Below, one piece after another: positions 57,461 through 64,000 of a DNA stretch of 64,000 nucleotides. The stretch covers positions 24,125-88,124 of the forward strand of contig DAIDJN010000063.1 of assembly GCA_027451365.1 (NCBI GenBank), written 5' to 3'. Numbering within the stretch: position 1 is the stretch's first letter; the number at the start of each line of letters is the position of its first letter. The notes under the pieces are model-generated. The model did not search any database. It saw only the letters and a program-made list of their open reading frames with translations, and was not told the DNA's origin. Source of the stretch: Phycisphaerales bacterium. GTDB lineage: Bacteria; Planctomycetota; Phycisphaerae; WQYP01. The translations under genes and the position numbers were made by a program.

Positions 57461-58222
57461 TCAGGATGGCTGAACCGCATTGGCGTTAAGCATTTCAGTC
57501 AGGAATAAAATACGGCCGCAAGAATTGCACTTACGGATTTCATCACGGCCGCGCAATAAATTTACATCTTCCACATTAAGGCTCATATAACAGCCGCCGC
57601 AGGAAACATTTTCCAGATCGTCGCCGTCAAATTCGGCTGCGGCCATCACATTTCCGGGGTACTTAAGCAGAATTCGTTCATATTGGCGACGGGCATCGGG
57701 CGGAACATTGGCCAGAGCCAGTCCGCGACTGGCCTCCAACTGGCGGATAATTTCCTTGACATGGCCAACTTGTTCGCTGTTTTTGCGCTGGGTTTCAGCC
57801 AGAGAGGATTGCGCTTTCTCCAATTGAATTTTTATGTCAGCCGCGGATTTGCCGTTGGATTCAAGCTGCTGCATCAGGTCCAGAGCGAGCTTTTCAATTT
57901 TGCCGACTTCCGCTTTTTCGGCGGAAATCTGCACCAGAATAGCGGAGTATTCCTTGTTGTTTTTGGTAACATTCAGGCTTTGCCGCATCTTTTCAATGTG
58001 TTCCTGGCGGGAGGCGATATCCAATTCATGGCCAGAAATACCGGTCTGCAGCTTGCGTCCGGCAGATTCAAGTTCCGCCAGATGTTCGCTTAAGCGTACA
58101 ATATTGGTTTCTACGGCCACCTGATCTTTAAGCAGTGCGGCCAGTCGCCCCTGGAATTCATGAATATCGTGGTCTATTTTATGCAGCGCCAGCAGCGCGG
58201 GAACAATGGTCAGAACCGGCAT
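57461..58222 (-). CDS. COG1579-type coiled-coil zinc-ribbon protein
   Basis: Long coiled coil and then C-terminal CGGCYMSL...CNSCGRIL, a C4 zinc ribbon. GAGGTGA is upstream. COG1579 genes are frequently adjacent to RNase H-fold genes. Confidence 0.75.
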   Translation of the reverse strand: MPVLTIVPALLALHKIDHDIHEFQGRLAALLKDQVAVETNIVRLSEHLAELESAGRKLQTGISGHELDIASRQEHIEKMRQSLNVTKNNKEYSAILVQISAEKAEVGKIEKLALDLMQQLESNGKSAADIKIQLEKAQSSLAETQRKNSEQVGHVKEIIRQLEASRGLALANVPPDARRQYERILLKYPGNVMAAAEFDGDDLENVSCGGCYMSLNVEDVNLLRGRDEIRKCNSCGRILFLTEMLNANAVQPS

Positions 58223-58407
58223 CAGGTCACCTCAAAAACTCCAAGTAAAGAAGTGTACCATCGAAGCGGGTTTTACGCCAACCCAACCGCGGGCCGCCCA
58301 ATTCGCAATTCGCATATCGCGAAACGTCGCTATCGGTCATGTATTGGAAATCGCCGGACGGCATTTCGGCGCAGGCGTGACAAAGCACAGAAGTCATGAC
58401 GGGCGGG

Positions 58408-59391
58408 TTATCGGTAGCCGCTTGGGTTGGCTTTGAACCACTTCCATGCGGATTCCACAATTGTGTCCAGACTGGTGATCGCGGCTTTCCACTTCATATC
58501 GCTGGCCATTTTTTCCGGTGAGGCAAACAGGGCGGGCGGATCCCCCGGACGCCGCGCGGTTTCGCGTGTGGCAATCGGTTTGCCGGTGACGCGCCGGCAG
58601 GATTCAATAATTTCACGCACGCTGTATCCGCGGCCCACACCCAGGTTGTAAAACAGTCCTTTGGCCGGCTTAAGATTTTCCAGCAGCACCAGATGGGCCT
58701 CCACCAGGTCCCAGACGTGAATATAATCACGAATGCAGGTTCCGTCGGGCGTGGGGTAATCATTTCCATAAATATCAACATGTGTCCGCTGACCCAGGGC
58801 TGTCTGCAGCACAATGGGAATAATGTGGGATTCGGGCCGGTGATCCTCACCGATAGATCCATCCAGTGCCGCCCCGGCCACATTGAAATACCGCGGCGCG
58901 GCGAAAGCCAGGTTTTCCGCCCGGGCGCAGTCCAGAAGAATATGTTCCACCATCAGTTTGGACCTGCCGTACGGGCTGATGGGATTCTGCGGAATATCTT
59001 CAGTAATCGGCACCGTGCGCGGTTCGCCATAGGTGGCGCAGGTGCTGGAAAAAACCAGCTTGCGCACGCCGGCAATCGTCATCGCGTCAAGCATGCTGAT
59101 GGTGCCGGCCACGTTGTTTCGGTAATATTTTCGCGGGTCGCTGACGCTTTCCCCCACATAGGCATTGGCCGCAAAGTGCATGACCGCTTCGGTTCCGTGG
59201 GATTTGAACAAGGCGGCCAGCCCGGCGGTGTTGGCACAATCCAGCACTTCCAGGCGGGCCTTGGAATCCACGGCGGCCCGATGTCCGTTGGTCAGGTTGT
59301 CCACCGCAATAACTTCATGTCCGCGCTCAACAAGCAGCTTCACCGCATGAGACCCGATGTAACCCGCACCGCCAATAACCGCTATTCGCAT
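58408..59391 (-). CDS. galE: UDP-glucose 4-epimerase
   Basis: MRIAVIGGAGYIGSH (NAD Rossmann) and YGRSKLMVE (the YxxxK of short-chain dehydrogenases/epimerases). GGAGAT is upstream. Confidence 0.85.
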   Translation of the reverse strand: MRIAVIGGAGYIGSHAVKLLVERGHEVIAVDNLTNGHRAAVDSKARLEVLDCANTAGLAALFKSHGTEAVMHFAANAYVGESVSDPRKYYRNNVAGTISMLDAMTIAGVRKLVFSSTCATYGEPRTVPITEDIPQNPISPYGRSKLMVEHILLDCARAENLAFAAPRYFNVAGAALDGSIGEDHRPESHIIPIVLQTALGQRTHVDIYGNDYPTPDGTCIRDYIHVWDLVEAHLVLLENLKPAKGLFYNLGVGRGYSVREIIESCRRVTGKPIATRETARRPGDPPALFASPEKMASDMKWKAAITSLDTIVESAWKWFKANPSGYR

Positions 59392-59559
59392 GAAAAACTA
59401 TCTCCAAACAATACCATGACTAAAGTACTTGGCGTAGCCGCGGTTGTAAATAGCATCGCTTCAATGGACTGTTCTCCGGATTTTGCCGGATTGCCCGATA
59501 ACAGGCCGCCAATGGTCTTGGGAATATTCACGGAGGGCCGGTTGCCGGACGTGAAGAAA

Positions 59560-61002
59560 TTAAGGCTTTTGGCGATGAAAATGTGAAACCGGATCGTGGT
59601 GGCCATGCGGGCGCATGGGCATGTGGCTAAGGTCTATCGACAGTGTAAGCGGCCGGTTGTGGCGAATGGCACTGACCGAAACGCTGCTCGGATCAAGATG
59701 AATCCGCCGCATGATGGCGGGCAGTTGCAAAATGGAAATATTGTTCAGGGCTGTAATCAGGTCGCCGCGCCGAATGCCGGCTTCCATCGCCGGAGAGTGG
59801 GGAAATACTTTAAGCACCAGTATGGCCGGTCTGCTGCCCAGAATCGGATTTTCCTTGCGGACCGGGGAATTGGCCGCCAACAGCATGTATTTAATTCCAA
59901 ATTGCCTGGGGCGGATAACGCCAGTTTCAATAAATTCCCGGAATACCGGATTGCGCCGCGTGACATGGAATATATTCATGCCCGATCCGACGCCGGTAAG
60001 CTGCCCTTGCCTGGACAGAAGCAGTGTGGATTGGAAAGGCTTGTCAGGCATGCCATGCCGCTGATTCCGCGAATGTCTGCCGCGCAGCGCAATTTTCCAT
60101 TTCAGTGTCAGCGTATTGGGATTCAGCGACAACTGCATCCTTTTGTCATCACGGTCGGCCCGAGCCAGGGGAATCGCCGGCCACTGTGCGGCCTGCCGCA
60201 GTGCCACAACGCTTAAATCAAGCCGTGGACTTATCCCCAGAATCCGCCCTGTCAGCCGCTGGCCGCGATAATTAATAACCGTAATTTTGCCCGTCGTTCC
60301 CGCAGTGCCCAGGAGTCCAAGGACCAGAATATTATGTTTAGCACCAACCACCACGCCGGGCAGACTGTTGCCCTGCCCTTCGTGCAGAAGCATCAGCCGC
60401 TGATTTATCAAACGCAAATAGGGCCAGGGCGGCTTCTGACCCGGTTTGTGCATTTCAAACAGAAAGTGCCGCATCAGAAATAACTGCGCCATTGGTCTGC
60501 GGGTCAGATTATTGAGCCGGTTCCGCTGTTCGAAACTTAACGGTGGCTGACTATGGCCGGAATTTGCTTCCGGAACAATGGCCACGGTGGCCGATTGGCG
60601 ACCTGGTCTGCCGTCGGCGTGAAAGTGGTGGTTTAATACCCACGTCCGTTCCCATGCCAGAAAGCGGCGCTGCATTTCCGGGGGAAGAATATGGACCGGA
60701 TTTTTATCCATTTCAACCCGCACCAGAGATTTCCGAAGCCGCGAATAGAGCGCACGCGTTTCCCAGTTCAGTTGTGTAAGAAGTTGCGGATCAATGGGGG
60801 CTGATGCGTCGTATTTATAAGCGGGTTCCGGCGGCAGCGCGGAAGCCTGCAACCGGGCCGCGGCCATGCCGAAAAACCCTGCCGGAAAAAAAATTGGCGC
60901 AGCGGCACCAAGCCATACCGCCGCGCGGCGGATCGACAATATGCGGTTCCGCCCGATTCGGATACACCCGCTGACTGCCGGGACTTGGAAAAATGGATTC
61001 AT
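59560..61002 (-). CDS. Membrane-anchored PDZ-domain protein with trypsin-like (HtrA/DegS-like) region; catalytic GNSGG serine motif not evident
   Basis: N-terminal TM (AAVWLGAAAPIFFPAGFFGMAAA); a central region with HtrA-like segments (VVVGAKHNILV, DLSVVAL); and a C-terminal PDZ-like LVLKVFPHSPAMEAGIRRGDLITALNN. GGAG is upstream of the ATG at 61002. Confidence 0.5.
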   Translation of the reverse strand: MNPFFQVPAVSGCIRIGRNRILSIRRAAVWLGAAAPIFFPAGFFGMAAARLQASALPPEPAYKYDASAPIDPQLLTQLNWETRALYSRLRKSLVRVEMDKNPVHILPPEMQRRFLAWERTWVLNHHFHADGRPGRQSATVAIVPEANSGHSQPPLSFEQRNRLNNLTRRPMAQLFLMRHFLFEMHKPGQKPPWPYLRLINQRLMLLHEGQGNSLPGVVVGAKHNILVLGLLGTAGTTGKITVINYRGQRLTGRILGISPRLDLSVVALRQAAQWPAIPLARADRDDKRMQLSLNPNTLTLKWKIALRGRHSRNQRHGMPDKPFQSTLLLSRQGQLTGVGSGMNIFHVTRRNPVFREFIETGVIRPRQFGIKYMLLAANSPVRKENPILGSRPAILVLKVFPHSPAMEAGIRRGDLITALNNISILQLPAIMRRIHLDPSSVSVSAIRHNRPLTLSIDLSHMPMRPHGHHDPVSHFHRQKP

Positions 61003-61072
61003 ACGACTCCGATTTTATCCGGTCGCGGCTGTGTCGATTACAGGGTCAGGCGGCCGGATAATCCAAATTCAA

Positions 61073-61624
61073 TCAAAAAACGCCCTGTGTCGCCATGGCC
61101 ATGGTTTCCCTGGCATTTCCTCCATTCGTTGACCGCGCTTGCTTTGATAGTTGATAGCTGCGGTAAAACCGCTGGGCTTGCTCATAGCTGCTGAAGGTTT
61201 GGGAAACCGTTTCACCGCCCGGTGTCTGAATTTCAACTGCATAGCGCACGGCGGGACTGGCGGCCGAGCCGCGCCCGGCCAGGAAGCAACCAACGCCGAT
61301 CACCAGGCAGGCGGCCACAATCGAGGCCCGTTTAAGCCAGCGAAGAATGGAAAGGTCGCTGCTGGGTTCAATATGTCCGGCGGGGGCGAATTCCATTTCA
61401 TAGCAATGTTCCAATACCCGCCTCGCCAAAACGGCTGCTTCCGTCGGCGTTGGCGCGTAGCCAGCCATCGCGGCCCGGGACAGGCGCTGCTGGTGGACAA
61501 GCCGATCGAGTGCGGCTCGCCCTTGGTCGTCTTGTGCCAGCATCGCCTCTACATCCGCTTTCTGTGCGGACGAAAGTTCGCCATCCAGATAAGCTTCAAG
61601 AAGTTCGTTCGTTAACTTTTTCAT
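61073..61624 (-). CDS. Anti-sigma factor (single TM)
   Basis: MKKLTNELLEAYLDGELSSAQKADVEAML is an anti-sigma N-terminal domain (no zf-HC2 Cys residues). There is a TM helix SIVAACLVIGVGCFLAG. It is immediately downstream of the ECF sigma gene; GAGGTGA is upstream. Confidence 0.7.
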   Translation of the reverse strand: MKKLTNELLEAYLDGELSSAQKADVEAMLAQDDQGRAALDRLVHQQRLSRAAMAGYAPTPTEAAVLARRVLEHCYEMEFAPAGHIEPSSDLSILRWLKRASIVAACLVIGVGCFLAGRGSAASPAVRYAVEIQTPGGETVSQTFSSYEQAQRFYRSYQLSKQARSTNGGNARETMAMATQGVF

Positions 61625-61691
61625 ATGTCACCTCATGTCCTTTTAACTCTCATTGCATCTCTGGCAAAGCGGGGCTGCCAGGCTCCGGTGT

Positions 61692-62240
61692 TCAACCGTT
61701 TTCAGCTGAATCCGTGACGCGATCCCGCAGACCATCGGCCAGTCGCACCCTGGCCCGATGCAGCCACGTTTTTACCTGGGCCTCGGTCGCTTCCAGTGCC
61801 TCGGCGATTTCGCGATAGCCCATCTGCTGTTGTTCGCGCAACGTCAGAGCTTCTCGCCAGGCGTCCGGAAGCGTTTCAATTAACCTCCGGAGTTTTTGAG
61901 TTGTCTCGGCCGTGCTGTAGGCTTCCGAAGGGTCGTTGTCCGATCCAAGGCTATCGTAAATGGCCGGGTCGGCATCCAGCGATTGTCCAACCCTTCGGCG
62001 CCGACAACTAATCACAGTCCTGGCGACCGCCTTGGCCATCAGCGACCAGCCACCATTTGACCAGTCATAACTGTCGCGAAGGCGAAAAAGTTTGAGCAGC
62101 GAATCCTGCACAAGATCTTCCGCCTGCTTCGCATCGCGCGATTGTGCACCCATCATGGACCTGGCCAAGGCCACCAAACGACCCATGTTGGCATTCACAG
62201 CCTCTTCAAACGCCTGATTAACGGAATTTGGTTCTGGCAT
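61692..62240 (-). CDS. ECF (group 4) RNA polymerase sigma factor
   Basis: EDLVQDSLLKLFR (region 2.2-like) and REALTLREQQQMGYREIAEALEATEAQVKTWLHRARVRL (region 4 HTH). The ATG at 62240 has GGAAGG upstream. Confidence 0.85.
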   Translation of the reverse strand: MPEPNSVNQAFEEAVNANMGRLVALARSMMGAQSRDAKQAEDLVQDSLLKLFRLRDSYDWSNGGWSLMAKAVARTVISCRRRRVGQSLDADPAIYDSLGSDNDPSEAYSTAETTQKLRRLIETLPDAWREALTLREQQQMGYREIAEALEATEAQVKTWLHRARVRLADGLRDRVTDSAENG

Positions 62241-62869
62241 TTGACCTTCCGGCTTCAATTATGAACACGCTTAAAAAAGCGGTTTGTTACAGATTCGGCC
62301 ACACTTTTTCCATGTCTGATAACCGCTTTTGGCAATCTTTTGATTCCGGTTGCATACCGGGCGTTATGTTCTTGCATGTCCGCAGGCATCCATCGGCGGA
62401 CACCCGTCCCCGCTGCAAGCAATTTTTCCTGCAACATAATGGCCGCACGATCTACGCCAGCCGGGACACCGCTTCGGTCGGGATTCTGTTCGGTTTTCCG
62501 TCACCAGTCGCACCTGCCCAATTTTTCAGGGCCGATCGGCGAATCGCCGAAGATTATAAGTTTATATCTTAAAAATTTCGACCTGTCCGCCTCAGTGGTT
62601 TTTTTCACGCAAATACGGGCTATCGGGCGGCATAATTTGTAAAAGCGATAAATTTATTGTTATCGTACCATTGTGCCGAAAGGCTTATAGGCGGAAAAGG
62701 TTTGCATTGCCCGTTTAACGGAATGTATACTCTGATTCGGGTCGGCAGAGTTTAGTTGCCACGTTGCATTCCAGCAATGCATTCCGAAATGTATTCGGCC
62801 GCTCGCAAGAGAGATTTGCGCAAAACGTAAGACTGGTTGTATTCAGTCAAAGCGAGTATCAGGCTAATT

Positions 62870-64000
62870 ATGATCGCATCCGCAGTGACATCCAGCCCCA
62901 CATTCACTTCAACGCTGATGCCGTACATGCAGATATTCTATGTTTCCTTTCTGGCCACACTGGCCCTTACGCCACTGATGCGCAAGCTGGCGCTCAAGCA
63001 TGGGGTAGTGGACGAGCCGGACGGGCAGCGTAAAATTCACACCAAACGCGTCGCTTATCTGGGCGGAGTGGCGATATTCATTGGCTGGCTGCTGGGGGTT
63101 CTGGCCTCAATTACCGTGACCCCCTTCCATGCGGGCGGTAATGGATTTGCCGAGGTCCAGGTGCCTCCGGGCATTCTGCTGGGTGCCGGTATTGTGATGA
63201 TTTGCGGGCTTATTGACGACGTCTACAGTCTTTCGCCGCGCATCAAACTTTTTGGTCAGTTGCTGGCGGCGGCGTGCCTCTATTTTTTAAATTTGACCCG
63301 CACTGACAACATCGGTGCCCGCGTGGATCTGGCCAACATGTTTGTGTATCCGCTGGAACGCCACCATCTGATTGGTCTGGTTCAATTGACCGCACCCCAT
63401 GTATATCTGACGCTGGCCAGCATGTTCAGCGCGATATTCTGTGTGTTTATTGTCATGGCCACGAGCAACGCGATGAACCTGCTTGACGGCATGGATGGCC
63501 TGTGCGGCGGTGTGGCGGGAATTATGGCCATTGGTTATCTGGTTTTGTCGGTTTACCTGTCTGCGGCAAATCTGACGCAACCCGGTGTTTCGTCACTTAA
63601 TCCGGCCCGCATCGCGCTGAGTCTGGCGCTTCTTGGGGCGGTCCTGGGCTTCCTTCCGTATAACTTTAATCCCGCGACGATTTTTATGGGTGATACAGGC
63701 AGCATGTTCCTGGGCTTTATCTGCGGCGCTATGATCGTTCTTTTCGGAAACGATGGAATTTTCCGCTGGTTTCTGGCTTCGGTGGTAATCTTCGGGCTTC
63801 CGCTGCTTGATACACTGCTTGCCGTTGTGCGCCGAAAAATCAATCGAAAGCCGATCTTTTCACCGGATTCCGGTCACTTCCATCATTTTCTGCTGAAGCG
63901 CGGATTGTCGGTGCCGCGTGCGGCACTTGTAAGCTATATCCTGGCGGCCATGTTTGTAAGCTTCGCACTGGTGATTGTCATTATTCCCACCACCCTGGCC
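62870..64000 (+). CDS. WecA/MraY-family UDP-sugar:undecaprenyl-phosphate sugar-1-phosphate transferase (partial; runs off window end)
   Basis: ATSNAMNLLDGMDGLCGG and NFNPATIFMGDTGSMFLGF are hallmark motifs of the GT4 MraY/WecA/WbpL family. The multi-TM ORF is open to the window end. It is absent from the ORF track because no stop is present. Confidence 0.8.
   Translation, partial: MIASAVTSSPTFTSTLMPYMQIFYVSFLATLALTPLMRKLALKHGVVDEPDGQRKIHTKRVAYLGGVAIFIGWLLGVLASITVTPFHAGGNGFAEVQVPPGILLGAGIVMICGLIDDVYSLSPRIKLFGQLLAAACLYFLNLTRTDNIGARVDLANMFVYPLERHHLIGLVQLTAPHVYLTLASMFSAIFCVFIVMATSNAMNLLDGMDGLCGGVAGIMAIGYLVLSVYLSAANLTQPGVSSLNPARIALSLALLGAVLGFLPYNFNPATIFMGDTGSMFLGFICGAMIVLFGNDGIFRWFLASVVIFGLPLLDTLLAVVRRKINRKPIFSPDSGHFHHFLLKRGLSVPRAALVSYILAAMFVSFALVIVIIPTTLA

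Noticed and set aside
1-64000. tRNA, rRNA or tmRNA genes
   Set aside because: I scanned intergenic regions by eye for T-arm GTTCGA/GTTCAA-N-TCC boxes with flanking stems and for the tmRNA ends, and found none. The match at 8..24 (ggttcaaagttgtcaaatcc) lacks an acceptor/T-stem context and lies inside the LacI coding region. This needs confirmation by tRNAscan-SE/Infernal.

Overview
High-GC (about 60% by eye) bacterial chromosomal window. The DUF1559 prepilin-like protein (N-terminus [17 protein letters not shown]) suggests a Planctomycetota-like genome. Gene content by coordinate: (i) 1-4.8 kb: partial LacI-family regulator with an upstream perfect palindrome, a clan GH-A glycoside hydrolase, a LysR regulator. 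(ii) 5.1-18.1 kb: one plus-strand supra-operon for assimilatory nitrate reduction and molybdenum cofactor synthesis (NasS/NrtA-like cytoplasmic nitrate-binding protein, nirB, nirD, a three-domain fused nasA, then moaA, a CMD-family gene, moaD, moaE, moeA, moaC, mogA/moaB, mobA, most joined by overlapping start/stop codons). (iii) 18.2-27.5 kb: citrate synthase, aldo/keto reductase, a GT2 plus GT3-like glycosyltransferase pair, a 1.4 kb AT-richer non-coding stretch, a DUF1559 protein, an 80-bp structured tandem repeat, an RluA-family pseudouridine synthase. (iv) 27.5-30.3 kb: a visibly AT-richer island carrying a Type II restriction-modification pair (SPPY-motif methyltransferase translationally coupled to a putative endonuclease). 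(v) 30.3-33.6 kb: an NfeD-flotillin(SPFH)-PspA membrane-stress module. (vi) 33.8-37.8 kb: queD, a lipoprotein, DoxX, a Ser/Thr-rich secreted protein with a PEP-CTERM-like tail, acpS. (vii) 38.2-44.0 kb: a phosphate transporter locus in unusual order pstB - GGDEF diguanylate cyclase - pstS - pstC - pstA. (viii) 44.1-45.2 kb: a decayed, apparently non-coding stretch with a Sel1-repeat remnant. (ix) 45.2-52.1 kb: an orphan VWA protein, an HExxH metallopeptidase-like protein, a DUF255/YyaL thioredoxin-domain protein, an APH-family kinase, an XRE regulator. (x) 52.3-62.3 kb: DsbD, an eukaryotic-type Ser/Thr kinase, pyrD, RNase HI with its COG1579 Zn-ribbon partner, galE, and an ECF sigma / anti-sigma / PDZ-protease-like operon. 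(xi) 62.9 kb to the window end: a WecA/MraY-family transferase, partial. No rRNA, tRNA or CRISPR array was recognised by eye. Nothing was computed and no database was searched; every family assignment comes from motifs read directly in the six-frame translations. Many ORF-track starts were moved to internal ATG/TTG/GTG codons that have Shine-Dalgarno-like sequences upstream.
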